Assembly: GCA_026397405.1 (NCBI GenBank)
Contig: JAPLUW010000001.1
Coordinates: 339,977 to 403,976, forward strand
Reading direction: 5' to 3'
DNA: 64,000 bases
Origin: Candidatus Adlerbacteria bacterium
GTDB lineage: Bacteria > Patescibacteriota > Minisyncoccia > Phycocordibacterales > SBAW01
Shown here: positions 18,175-26,556 of the stretch, one piece after another
How positions within the stretch are numbered: the stretch's first letter is position 1
Layout of the letters: every line of letters starts with the position of its first letter
The notes under the pieces: generated by a model
What the model was told of the DNA's origin: nothing
The model's database searches: none
What the model saw: only the letters and a program-made list of their open reading frames with translations
Program-made: the position numbers and the translations under genes

Positions 18175-19251
18175 ATGAACAGAACAACAGCAATAGTGGG
18201 CGGCATTGTGGTTCTTATAGCACTCGGGGGTTTATTTGTATACGCAAACCAGGGTGGGTTTAGTCCGCAAGGGGTAGCGACGACTACTCCGGACACTACG
18301 GGGGTTCCTGGGGCAAACACTGCAGGTACGGCAAGCGCAGTAACTAGTTCAAATGTTACAACAACCGACGCAACAGCCATTGTTACCGGCAGTATTGTGC
18401 CAAACGGCGCCCTCACTAGTTATTGGTACGAATATGGTTTGACCGCGGCTTTGGGCGCTAAAACAGCAGCGCAAATAGTTGGCTCGGGATACTCATCATT
18501 TTCGGCACCGGGGTATATTGTAGGTCTAAGCAGAGACACCACATACTACTTCCGTCTTGTTGCGGAAAATCAGTATGGCAGGACCTATGGCGCAGCCCAC
18601 ACATTGTTGACCACGCACAGCACACCTGCGCCGCAGGGAGGCGTGCCAACAAGCACTACAGTCAGTGCAGACGGTATAACAAAAACTGCCGTAAATTTGC
18701 ACGGTCAGGTAATACCAAACGGAGCATCTACCCAGTTCTGGTTTGAATATGGGACAACGGTAGCGCTCGGCAACACAACATCACTCCAGTCTGTTGGTAG
18801 TGGCACTGCGGTGGTACCTGCAGCAACGTCCCTTTCGGGCTTGCAACCCCTTACCACGTACTACTTCCGCTTGAATGCACAAAACCAATTTGGCACCGTA
18901 AACGGTGGGACACTAAGCTTTACAACGGCTGGGCCTGCGGCAACACCAGCACCCGCTGTGCAGACCAGCAATGCCACTGCGGTGGGCAACACCAGCGCTA
19001 CCTTGCGCGGTTCAATTAACCCACAAGGCGAACAGACAACCTACTGGTTTGAATATAGTACAGACTCACTTCTTGGTGCAGTCTTGTTAAAGACAACACC
19101 ACAAGCAAGTGCGGGTTCTGGAACTGCTGCAAGGTCGCTTAGTGCAAATGTTACAGGGCTTGCCCGCAACACGACATACTACGCGCGCATCGTGGCACAA
19201 AACAGCAAAGGTCAGTTTCGCGGAGACAACGTAACCTTTAAGACAAAGTAA
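18175..19251 (+). CDS. Membrane-anchored surface protein with three tandem Fn3-like repeats of about 90 aa
   Basis: N-terminal TM (MNRTTAIVGGIVVLIALGGLFVYA). Three repeats each carry T.YW[YF]EYG...TTYY[FA]R[LI][VN]A.N..G. Confidence 0.6.
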   Translation: MNRTTAIVGGIVVLIALGGLFVYANQGGFSPQGVATTTPDTTGVPGANTAGTASAVTSSNVTTTDATAIVTGSIVPNGALTSYWYEYGLTAALGAKTAAQIVGSGYSSFSAPGYIVGLSRDTTYYFRLVAENQYGRTYGAAHTLLTTHSTPAPQGGVPTSTTVSADGITKTAVNLHGQVIPNGASTQFWFEYGTTVALGNTTSLQSVGSGTAVVPAATSLSGLQPLTTYYFRLNAQNQFGTVNGGTLSFTTAGPAATPAPAVQTSNATAVGNTSATLRGSINPQGEQTTYWFEYSTDSLLGAVLLKTTPQASAGSGTAARSLSANVTGLARNTTYYARIVAQNSKGQFRGDNVTFKTK

Positions 19252-19294
19252 CAATCACACTCTTTGGTTGCTCGCGCATAGGCGTGGAGCAGTC

Positions 19295-19340
19295 TACAAT
19301 AGACGGATGAAAGGTATACGCCTTTCATCCGTCTATTGTA
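19295..19340 (+). promoter_or_regulatory. Perfect 20-bp inverted repeat (TACAATAGACGGATGAAAGG-tatacg-CCTTTCATCCGTCTATTGTA) ending 1 nt before the sigma-factor ATG
   Basis: Seen directly. The arms are exact reverse complements. No T-tract follows, so it is not a typical terminator. Confidence 0.5.
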
Positions 19341-19341
19341 T

Positions 19342-19878
19342 ATGGAGGATACTGCACAACAATTTGCCGAAATATTCGAGAAACATTCGGACGAGCTCTT
19401 TCGGCACGCGGTTATGCGCCTGTCCGACCGCGAACGCGCGGTTGAACTGACGCAAGAGACCTTCCTTAAGGCATGGAACTATATGTCAAAAGGCGGTGAA
19501 GAAGTTCGCCAGTACCGTTCGTTCCTGTATCGTATTTTGAACAACCTCATCATAGACGAGTACAGAAAACACAAAACCCAGTCGCTAGACGCCATGCTCG
19601 AACATGAGACGACCGAACAAGCGGTTGAAGGCACATTGCTTCGCGATGAAACGGACAATATGGAAGAGGCGATGATCCGGTTTGAAAGCGCCGCCGCAGT
19701 TAAAGCGCTCACGCAGCTTACAGAGCAGCACCGTACCGTACTCGTGATGCGCTACATTGACGGCCTGTCCCCAAAAGAGATTGCAGAAACGATGCAAGAG
19801 AGCGAAAATACGATATCAGTACGCATCCATCGGGGCATAAAAAAGTTACGCGAACTGCTCGAGGAAAACCCTATATGA
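19342..19878 (+). CDS. ECF-type RNA polymerase sigma factor (sigma-70 regions 2 and 4)
   Basis: Region 2 (LFRHAVMRLSDRERAVELTQETFLKAW) and region 4 HTH (LSPKEIAETMQESENTISVRIHRGIKKLRE). Confidence 0.75.
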   Translation: MEDTAQQFAEIFEKHSDELFRHAVMRLSDRERAVELTQETFLKAWNYMSKGGEEVRQYRSFLYRILNNLIIDEYRKHKTQSLDAMLEHETTEQAVEGTLLRDETDNMEEAMIRFESAAAVKALTQLTEQHRTVLVMRYIDGLSPKEIAETMQESENTISVRIHRGIKKLRELLEENPI

Positions 19879-20687
19879 ACAAACTACACACCCACCTACA
19901 AAACGAAACTACGCACATCCGCCTAAGCGATGCGGAAAAGAGCGCCATGCGCGCGAGGTTAGAAGAGGTAATGCGTGCTATGCCTGCACAACCTATGCCC
20001 GCGTACACACCCAGCCCCTATGCGTGGATATTGTTGCCGCGCTCACTCGCGCTTTCGGCATTTGCACTGCTACTTATCATTTCTACCAGTACGGCATATG
20101 CCGCAGAAGGCTCGCTACCTGGGGGCACACTCTACCCGGTAAAAGTAAGCGTTATCGAACCACTTAAAGTTGCACTTGCAACCAGCCCTGCAGCAAAAGC
20201 ACAAGTTAATGCCGACATCGCCACCGTGCGTGTGCGGGAAGCACAAATATTGGCAGTGCAGGGCAAACTAACACCACAAACGGCACAAGAAATTTCTGAA
20301 AACTACAGCAGACATGCCGCAGAGGCACTTGCCCTTGCAGAAGACTCCGATGCTGCGCTCGGCATAGTGGCTTCGACTACAGTTCTTGCTGTAGCGCCCC
20401 AAGTCGCGCCAGTTCCTGAGGAGGACGATACTTATAGTAAGGACGAGGAAGCCCCAGCATTGTCTATGCGGGTTAATACTATGCAAGCCATAGTAGCTAC
20501 AAAAAAAGCTGCACTAGCTGCTCCTACAACAACAATGCCAGTACCGCAGGCTACATCGACCCACTCCAAAGTAGATACAAGAGAAAGTTTTTCCAAGAGA
20601 ATGCATGCGTCGCTTGAAGAGCAGGCCGACATTTTGCACAGTTTACATATAGACGTGCGCGCCCAAAACAAAAACCGCCGAGACTAG
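19875..20687 (+). CDS. Putative anti-sigma factor (single-pass membrane protein co-transcribed with the ECF sigma)
   Basis: ATGA start/stop overlap with the sigma gene. A cytoplasmic N-terminus, one TM helix (LALSAFALLLIISTSTAYA) and an extracytoplasmic Ala-rich domain. The role is inferred from context. Confidence 0.45.
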   Translation: MNKLHTHLQNETTHIRLSDAEKSAMRARLEEVMRAMPAQPMPAYTPSPYAWILLPRSLALSAFALLLIISTSTAYAAEGSLPGGTLYPVKVSVIEPLKVALATSPAAKAQVNADIATVRVREAQILAVQGKLTPQTAQEISENYSRHAAEALALAEDSDAALGIVASTTVLAVAPQVAPVPEEDDTYSKDEEAPALSMRVNTMQAIVATKKAALAAPTTTMPVPQATSTHSKVDTRESFSKRMHASLEEQADILHSLHIDVRAQNKNRRD

Positions 20688-20705
20688 TCTCGGCGGTTTT
20701 TTCTA
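20668..20705. terminator. Bidirectional intrinsic terminator (CCGCCGAGAC-TA-GTCTCGGCGG, followed by TTTTTT)
   Basis: 10-bp perfect stem, flanked by an A-tract upstream and a T-tract downstream. Confidence 0.7.
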
Positions 20706-20720
20706 CTCCTCTACTAACTG

Positions 20721-21371
20721 TTAGTTAGTCGTAAAGGTCGAAGGCAACGTGATGCTTACATTGCCCGATGTGTCGGTCGCTACAACTACATAGTAGTACG
20801 TAGTGTGTGACGAGAGGTTGCTCAACTGTACCGAGTTAGAGCTGTTGAGCGATGCGCTCATGCTCAACACGTTGTTGCCAGTGACGCCTGGTGCGCCGCT
20901 CATAACTTCGTGGAGTGTCAATGGAGATGTGCTGTAGTACACAATGCTTGTTACCGGTTCATTGCTGTTCCACAAGAGAGTTGTACCGCTGTTTGTTGGC
21001 GCTACCGCTACGCTTGAGAGAAACGGAGCCATGTCGTCTGCTGAAGTACCTGAACCATATACCGCGTTGAACTTCGCGATGGTTGAAGGACCCACACGAC
21101 CGTAGCCAGTACTTGCTGCTGAACCGCTCGAGACAATACCGTTGTTTGCCTGGAAACGTTTTACTGCGGCTGCAGAAAGCGAACCGAAGTAGCCAGTTAC
21201 CAAACCTTCAGGATACAAAGATGCATCGCCTGCAAATGTTTGCTGGAGTGTTGTCACATCTGAACCGCGTGAGCCGATGTCCATCTGTGTGGAAATCGTT
21301 GCTGCAAGTGCAGGTGCAGCTAATGCAAGCATCGAGATGCTTGCCGCGAGAACCGTAAGTTTGTTTTTCAT
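20721..21371 (-). CDS. Secreted protein with a peptidoglycan-binding domain (PG_binding_1-like) and a C-terminal Fn3-like domain
   Basis: Signal peptide MKNKLTVLAASISMLALAAPALA. LQQTFAGDASLYPEGLVTGYFGSLSAAAVKRFQANNGI matches the PGBD consensus. The C-terminus has a TTYYYVVVATDTSGN motif. Confidence 0.6.
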   Translation of the reverse strand: MKNKLTVLAASISMLALAAPALAATISTQMDIGSRGSDVTTLQQTFAGDASLYPEGLVTGYFGSLSAAAVKRFQANNGIVSSGSAASTGYGRVGPSTIAKFNAVYGSGTSADDMAPFLSSVAVAPTNSGTTLLWNSNEPVTSIVYYSTSPLTLHEVMSGAPGVTGNNVLSMSASLNSSNSVQLSNLSSHTTYYYVVVATDTSGNVSITLPSTFTTN

Positions 21372-21547
21372 ATACTAAATGAGTTAAATAAATAATTGAT
21401 AATAGTTTCTACGCACACACAAGATGACGCATGAGTGAGGTGTTCATTACCCGGGTGTATGAAAAAACTTCATAAAAAATTCATCTAGAGATTGTTACTG
21501 TTGGTTTGCAGAGCAACATATTTATTAACCTGCGAATATAATTTTTT

Positions 21548-21760
21548 ATGACAACAGTAGTTAACAACCCGACCCCGAGCGACAGCACAGACGGAAGTGC
21601 AGGGTGGGCGGTAGCAGTTATTATCCTCATCGCGGTCATTATTGCAGGCGGGTACTGGTATACACATCGCCGTGCTGCAGCAGCGCCGAGCGGTGGGACA
21701 AATATAAATGTCACCCTTCCAGCGACGGGTGGGAACACAAACCCCCAGCCTGCTCAATAA
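21548..21760 (+). CDS. Small single-TM membrane protein (hypothetical)
   Basis: 70 aa with a central hydrophobic helix (WAVAVIILIAVIIAGGYWY). A hairpin terminator follows at 21783-21812. Confidence 0.35.
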   Translation: MTTVVNNPTPSDSTDGSAGWAVAVIILIAVIIAGGYWYTHRRAAAAPSGGTNINVTLPATGGNTNPQPAQ

Positions 21761-21782
21761 AATAAAAGCTATAGCCGTAGCA

Positions 21783-21812
21783 AAACCCCTCACATGCGAG
21801 GGGTTTTGTGAT
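21783..21812 (+). terminator. Hairpin CCCCTC-ACATGC-GAGGGG followed by a T run
   Basis: Inverted repeat seen directly downstream of the small membrane ORF. Confidence 0.45.
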
Positions 21813-21824
21813 ATTGTAGGAGCC

Positions 21825-22184
21825 ATGAAAGTACGCACACTGCGAACTCCCGAGATGGAGGCGAAATATCAAGCAATGAAAGACAGCGGGGTGATGTCCC
21901 ACGAGTGCCGTCTGTGCGAAGAGGATATCTCCATGACCTTTACTTATTGGCGGCTCATACCAAACCGCTTTCCGTACAACAAAGTGTTTGAACCGTGCGA
22001 CATGTTAATACCTATCCGCCATACTGCCGAACTTAACGAAGAAGAAAAGGCGGAGTTTGAGGAAATAAAAAAGTCGTACATCAACTCCCATTACAGGTAC
22101 ATTATGGAAGCAACGCACTCAACCAAGTCTATTCCGCAGCACTACCATGTGCATTTGGTCGAGATAAAAGAAGAAGAGAAATAA
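21825..22184 (+). CDS. HIT-family (histidine triad) protein with a CxxC motif
   Basis: Histidine triad HYHVHLV near the C-terminus, and HECRLCEE upstream. Start chosen at ATG 21825; the ORF extends to 21708. Confidence 0.5.
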   Translation: MKVRTLRTPEMEAKYQAMKDSGVMSHECRLCEEDISMTFTYWRLIPNRFPYNKVFEPCDMLIPIRHTAELNEEEKAEFEEIKKSYINSHYRYIMEATHSTKSIPQHYHVHLVEIKEEEK

Positions 22185-22232
22185 AAAGGGAATTATATAT
22201 TCCGAGTGGGGGGGGTGGTAAAGAAAAGAGCG

Positions 22233-22258
22233 TTGTCATATTTCAGACAACGCTCGAA
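22233..22258 (-). terminator. Hairpin GAGCGTTGTC-atatttcag-GACAACGCTC downstream of the minus-strand two-gene islet
   Basis: 10-bp inverted repeat, followed on the minus strand by a T-rich run. Confidence 0.4.
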
Positions 22259-22281
22259 GTTCAAGAGCAGGAAGCTGCCAG

Positions 22282-22731
22282 TCAGCTTGGGTAACAACCT
22301 GCAGGATAATCAGAACCCCAAGTGATTTCCTCCAATCCGTGAACGCAGTTAGAACCCAGGAGGAGTTCGTCATTGCGTTCACCGATACATGGAACCACCA
22401 AGCGTCGGTTGGAACTCCTGCCTACCGACCTCCACAAAAACAGAGTGGTTCGGCCGAACAGTCCGCGGAAGACCTCCAGACCTTTCTGTTGTATGGCGAG
22501 GCCGTCCGCGTAGCCCAGGCATCCTTCGAGCATGTTGTTGCGCGTGAGATGCCCGTAGAGTGTTTGTCCTTTCGCTCCCTCCTTCTGCTTCTCGTGCAGC
22601 CAGAGTTGGATAGCGGCGAGGTCGTACTCGGCAGGCCCAGTCGTTGCCAACTCAGGATGCAACGGTTTCTTCAGCCATTGGGGTTGGGTGGGTACTGTCG
22701 AACGGTCGATACGCACGATTGTGTCAACCAT
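22282..22731 (-). CDS. Hypothetical protein (GC-rich islet gene 2)
   Basis: 149-aa ORF with a GGGGG SD 6 nt before the ATG. GC content is clearly higher than the flanks. The opposite-strand ORF 22339-22956 looks like an Arg-rich antisense artefact. Confidence 0.4.
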   Translation of the reverse strand: MVDTIVRIDRSTVPTQPQWLKKPLHPELATTGPAEYDLAAIQLWLHEKQKEGAKGQTLYGHLTRNNMLEGCLGYADGLAIQQKGLEVFRGLFGRTTLFLWRSVGRSSNRRLVVPCIGERNDELLLGSNCVHGLEEITWGSDYPAGCYPS

Positions 22732-22743
22732 GTGCGCCCCCGG

Positions 22744-22974
22744 TTACTTCTTCTTGTTGAGCGTCGGACAGCCGGCATCACGCTCGGTGTTGATCTCGAC
22801 CCACGATGCCCGAGGATCAAGCTTCATGGCCTCTGCCATGTTCCGGCGCAGTCCGTCCATGGAACCACCACCGTCAATCAAGACCGGGCAGTCCTTCGGC
22901 CACACCGACTTCTTTTCCTGCGCCACAGCAGCAGTGCAGGGAAGAAGCAGAACTAGAATAACGATGACTCGCAT
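22744..22974 (-). CDS. Small secreted protein (GC-rich islet gene 1)
   Basis: Signal peptide MRVIVILVLLLPCTAAVAQE. 76 aa with 2 Cys in the mature part. Its stop lies 13 nt upstream of the next ORF. Confidence 0.45.
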   Translation of the reverse strand: MRVIVILVLLLPCTAAVAQEKKSVWPKDCPVLIDGGGSMDGLRRNMAEAMKLDPRASWVEINTERDAGCPTLNKKK

Positions 22975-23045
22975 TAATTACCCGATACCCATTCAAGGGG
23001 TCCTTTCAGGACATATAATGCCTATTTTAATAGAAAAGTCAATAG

Positions 23046-23425
23046 TTGTGGAGATGGGCGGAATTGAACCGCCGTGCAATGAAGTGCTACTGGAGCTTCT
23101 ACGGAGTCTAGTTCGCTTTTTGTTTCTTTAGCGTGTCATGGGCTAAGCGAACGAAATCATGACACCCTGCAGCTCCTTAGTTTCAGCTTCAGACCGAAGC
23201 GGTTTCTGAAGTAATACCTTTGCTATATAACATCCGGTCTCAACCCGCAAAGTGGGGAAGAGTGAATGCGACTAGGCCTTGGCGTAAGCGAAAGCGAAAT
23301 CGTTCGCCGAAAAATACGGCGAGGCAACTGTTTTTGCAGTTATGTTTTCCAGATTTTTAGAGAGGTCTGGGCTCTCACTACGCGCATCCGAATAGATGGC
23401 TTCATTGTCTAGGCCTGGCATCCCC
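23046..23425 (-). ncRNA. ssrA: tmRNA (SsrA)
   Basis: The minus strand shows the tRNA-like 3' end GGCGGTTCAATTCCGCCCATCTCCAC and a 5' GGGGATGCC that pair as an acceptor stem with G3:U70. Internal tag ORF GCG AAC GAT TTC GCT TTC GCT TAC GCC AAG GCC TAG at 23272-23307. Adjacent to smpB. Confidence 0.85.
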
Positions 23426-23478
23426 AAAGAAATAATTTCTCCTCAGGAAACGAACTCTTTACGAATGCCAGCTGACGT

Positions 23479-23922
23479 TTATTGATTTTTCAAAGTTCTG
23501 CTGATGTCGCGCTTGGTGTCCCTTTCTTTTAAGACGGCACGCTTGTCGTACTTCTTACGGCCGCGCGCGACAGCGATTTTTACCTTCAACTTAGAGCCTT
23601 TATTATACACCGAAAGTGGCACCAATGTCAAGCCTTTCTGACCCTCAAATTCGGCCAATATTCCTAGCTCTTTTTTAGTCAACAAGAGTTTGCGGCTGCG
23701 TTCCGGGTCATAGTCGTCAGGGGTATTTGCCACTTGAAACGGCGGCACGCTCATTCCCACAATGTACGCCTCGCCTGCACGTACTACTATATGCGCACCT
23801 TCAAGCTTGCCGTGTTTCGCGCGGATACTTTTAACTTCGTGGCCGAGCAATTCCAAGCCTGCCTCAAATTCTTCGAGTAGGTCGTAGTTCATTCGCGCCT
23901 TTTTGTGTTCCAGTAAGTTCAC
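23479..23922 (-). CDS. smpB: SsrA-binding protein SmpB
   Basis: 147 aa. SmpB motifs (KARMNYDLLEEFEAGLELLGHEVKSIR...) and a basic C-terminal tail. Adjacent to ssrA. Confidence 0.85.
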   Translation of the reverse strand: MNLLEHKKARMNYDLLEEFEAGLELLGHEVKSIRAKHGKLEGAHIVVRAGEAYIVGMSVPPFQVANTPDDYDPERSRKLLLTKKELGILAEFEGQKGLTLVPLSVYNKGSKLKVKIAVARGRKKYDKRAVLKERDTKRDISRTLKNQ

Positions 23923-23978
23923 AAAATGAATATACCATTTTTTGCCAAAAAAGATCGAAATGGTACAATGTAGTATTC

Positions 23979-25916
23979 ATGCCTGAACAAAAGAATAAAA
24001 ACAAAAAGCGCGGGCTTAAAGTCCCCAAGATGCCACGCAGCGACTCGTTCTGGGTCAACGCAGCAACAAGCCTGTTGCTGCTCTTTTTGCTCGCAAGCGC
24101 CTACACCTATTTTGCAGCAGACAAAACAACTGCGCCTGTAGACATCGCCATTTCTGAACTTGCGAGTGACGTCCAGGGCGGCCGCGTGAGTGCAATTACT
24201 GTTGACGGCGATGACCTGCAAATTACCTACGCCGACAAGACTGAAAAAATTTCTAAAAAGGAAACTGGTACCGCACTTTCCCAAACACTCTTTAACTACG
24301 GTGTGCCAGCCGCGTCGCTCGACAAAATTTCTATCAATATCAAGCGCGAAAGTGGATGGAGTTTTTGGCTCACAACTCTCGCACCGTTTTTGGCACCACT
24401 CCTGTTGATTGCATTTTTTGTTTGGTATCTCTCACGTCAGGTTAAAGGCGCCGGCATGCAAGCGTTTTCGTTTGGGCAGTCTAAACACCGCGTCATTGAC
24501 CCTAACGACAAGTCACAAAAAGTTACGTTTAAAGATGTTGCAGGCGCTAAAGAAGCAAAGATAGAACTGCTCGAAATTGTCGATTTTTTGAAAAACCCAA
24601 AAAAGTTTTTGGACATTGGCGCACGTATCCCTAAAGGTATTTTGTTGATGGGCTCTGCCGGTACCGGCAAGACCTTGCTTGCACGTGCAGTAGCAGGGGA
24701 GGCAGGTGTGCCGTTCTACTCTATTTCAGGTTCGGAATTTGTTGAAATGTTTGTCGGCGTTGGTGCATCGCGCGTGCGCGATCTCTTCCATATGGCAAAG
24801 CATTCGGCACCGTCTATTATCTTTGTTGACGAAATTGACGCAGTCGGCCGCGTGCGCGGCACCGGTGTTGGCGGCGGCAACGACGAACGTGAACAAACAC
24901 TGAACCAAATTTTGGTTGAAATGGACGGTTTCGAGCCAAACGAAAAAGTTATCGTTATGGCAGCTACTAACCGCCCCGACGTGCTCGACCCAGCACTGGT
25001 GCGCCCGGGCCGCTTTGACCGCCGCGTTGTTATCGAACTTCCGGACCGCCAAGACCGAAACGAAATTTTGCATATCCATGCCCGCAAAAAACCACTCGCC
25101 GAAGATGTAAACCTTTCAGTCATTGCAGAGCGTACACCGGGCTTTTCTGGTGCCGACTTAGCAAACCTGATGAACGAAGGTGCGATTTTGGCTGCACGTG
25201 AAGCGCGCAAAACAGTTGCGCAATTCGACCTTATCCGTTCAATTGAGAAAGTGATGCTTGGCCCCGAGCGCAAGTCGCACGTGATGAACGCCAAAGAAAA
25301 AGAAATAACCGCCTACCACGAAGCGGGCCACGCACTTGTTGCATCACTCTTGCCGCATGCCGACCCAGTGCACAAAATCTCTATCATCTCCCGCGGCCGC
25401 GCTGCAGGGTATACGTTGAAGTTGCCGTTTGAAGACAAGCGCATGCAAAGCAAAAAAGAATTTTTGGACGACATCGCGATGTCGCTCGGCGGCTACATTG
25501 CCGAAAAAGAAGTGTTTAGCGACGTGACAACCGGGCCGTCCAACGACCTCCAGGTTTCAAGTGCGCTTGCGCGCGACATGGTTACTAAGTTTGGTATGTC
25601 AGAGAAAATCGGCACCGTGGCACTTGAAGGTAGCGACGGCCGCGCATTGTTTGGCTCGGGCGTATCTGGTAAAGAATATTCTGAAAAAGTTTCTGGCGAT
25701 ATCGACTCTGAAGTAAAGCGCATTATGGACGAAGCATACGCAAAAGCGCTGAACATAATTACCGAACACCGAAAAGTTTTGAACGCTATTGCCGGCCGCC
25801 TTGTCGAAGTAGAAACTCTCGAGCGCGAAGAGTTTGAAGGTATTTTGGTCGCGCACGGCATCCCTCTCAAAAAGAAACAAGAAATTACTACCGAGCCCGT
25901 TACCGTTAATTTTTAA
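23979..25916 (+). CDS. ftsH: ATP-dependent zinc metalloprotease FtsH
   Basis: N-terminal TMs, AAA+ Walker [12 protein letters not shown], and the HEAGHA zinc-binding motif. Confidence 0.9.
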   Translation: MPEQKNKNKKRGLKVPKMPRSDSFWVNAATSLLLLFLLASAYTYFAADKTTAPVDIAISELASDVQGGRVSAITVDGDDLQITYADKTEKISKKETGTALSQTLFNYGVPAASLDKISINIKRESGWSFWLTTLAPFLAPLLLIAFFVWYLSRQVKGAGMQAFSFGQSKHRVIDPNDKSQKVTFKDVAGAKEAKIELLEIVDFLKNPKKFLDIGARIPKGILLMGSAGTGKTLLARAVAGEAGVPFYSISGSEFVEMFVGVGASRVRDLFHMAKHSAPSIIFVDEIDAVGRVRGTGVGGGNDEREQTLNQILVEMDGFEPNEKVIVMAATNRPDVLDPALVRPGRFDRRVVIELPDRQDRNEILHIHARKKPLAEDVNLSVIAERTPGFSGADLANLMNEGAILAAREARKTVAQFDLIRSIEKVMLGPERKSHVMNAKEKEITAYHEAGHALVASLLPHADPVHKISIISRGRAAGYTLKLPFEDKRMQSKKEFLDDIAMSLGGYIAEKEVFSDVTTGPSNDLQVSSALARDMVTKFGMSEKIGTVALEGSDGRALFGSGVSGKEYSEKVSGDIDSEVKRIMDEAYAKALNIITEHRKVLNAIAGRLVEVETLEREEFEGILVAHGIPLKKKQEITTEPVTVNF

Positions 25917-25960
25917 AAAGAAAAGCCCGCGTTTCCGCAGGCTCGGGTTGGAGGGGTTGG

Positions 25961-26140
25961 TCAGTCTCCGTAGTCGACCATTGAAGTTCCGCAGGAACAG
26001 ATGCGCCCGTGCCTTTTGAAGCTGTAATGCTTGTGGTCGCAGGTCAGGTTTTCGGGCGGATGGCCTGCGCGCAGGAACGCCTGCTCGATACGCTCCTGTT
26101 CAGGAGTGCGCGTCCGCGGCGTGGGCTTTTGGTCGGTCAT
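25961..26140 (-). CDS. Small (59 aa) Cys/His-rich putative metal-binding protein, absent from the ORF track because it falls below the length cutoff
   Basis: AAGGAGAG Shine-Dalgarno 7 nt upstream of the ATG. Sequence MTDQKPTPRTRTPEQERIEQAFLRAGHPPENLTCDHKHYSFKRHGRICSCGTSMVDYGD. Confidence 0.4.
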   Translation of the reverse strand: MTDQKPTPRTRTPEQERIEQAFLRAGHPPENLTCDHKHYSFKRHGRICSCGTSMVDYGD

Positions 26141-26418
26141 GAAGAACTCTCCTTGGTGGTTGTGTATTGGCAGCGTAGCACCATTGAAGAAAAAAGAAAA
26201 ACGCCGTCCCTGAGGGGCGGCGCTTACGTTTCAAGCGGTAACTTTGCCATCGAGGTACATCAGAATATCGACGAAGACCTGTCCGCCAAACTCGCACGAT
26301 AGCACGGAATTATTTTTGTGGTCACAAATAGTTTCTCGCCGACGCTCGAAACTTTCGCGACCCCGGCTCGCGGTTTTGCAAGTGCAAAACATCGCTGTGC
26401 CTCACACAAAAGCAGAAA

Positions 26419-26437
26419 ACCTCCCGTAGGGGAGGTG
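26419..26437. terminator. Bidirectional hairpin CCTCCC-GTA-GGGAGG with T/A tracts, downstream of the minus-strand tRNA
   Basis: Inverted repeat seen directly. Confidence 0.4.
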
Positions 26438-26450
26438 TTTCTGTCTTTTG

Positions 26451-26524
26451 TGTGCCTGCCTGGACTCGAACCAGGGACCGCCGAGGTATAAGCTCGGAGC
26501 TCTAACCAACTGAGCTACAGGCAC
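26451..26524 (-). tRNA. tRNA with anticodon UAU (tRNA-Ile, AUA decoder)
   Basis: Manual cloverleaf: acceptor GTGCCTG/CAGGCAC, D-arm GCTC...GAGC, anticodon stem CCGAG/CTCGG with loop CTTATAC (anticodon TAT), T-arm CCTGG-TTCGAGT-CCAGG. Confidence 0.7.
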
Positions 26525-26556
26525 ATAGGTACTCGCTGCCAAATATACCTCGGTTA

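Noticed and set aside
22339-22956. 205-aa plus-strand ORF overlapping both islet genes
   Set aside because: It is extremely Arg/Leu-rich, the signature of an antisense GC-rich frame. The two minus-strand ORFs have an SD, a signal peptide and a terminator.
26009-26429. Plus-strand ORFs (97, 60 and 61 aa) in the ftsH-tRNA intergenic region
   Set aside because: They are Arg-rich, with no SD, and overlap a better-supported minus-strand small gene and terminator hairpins.
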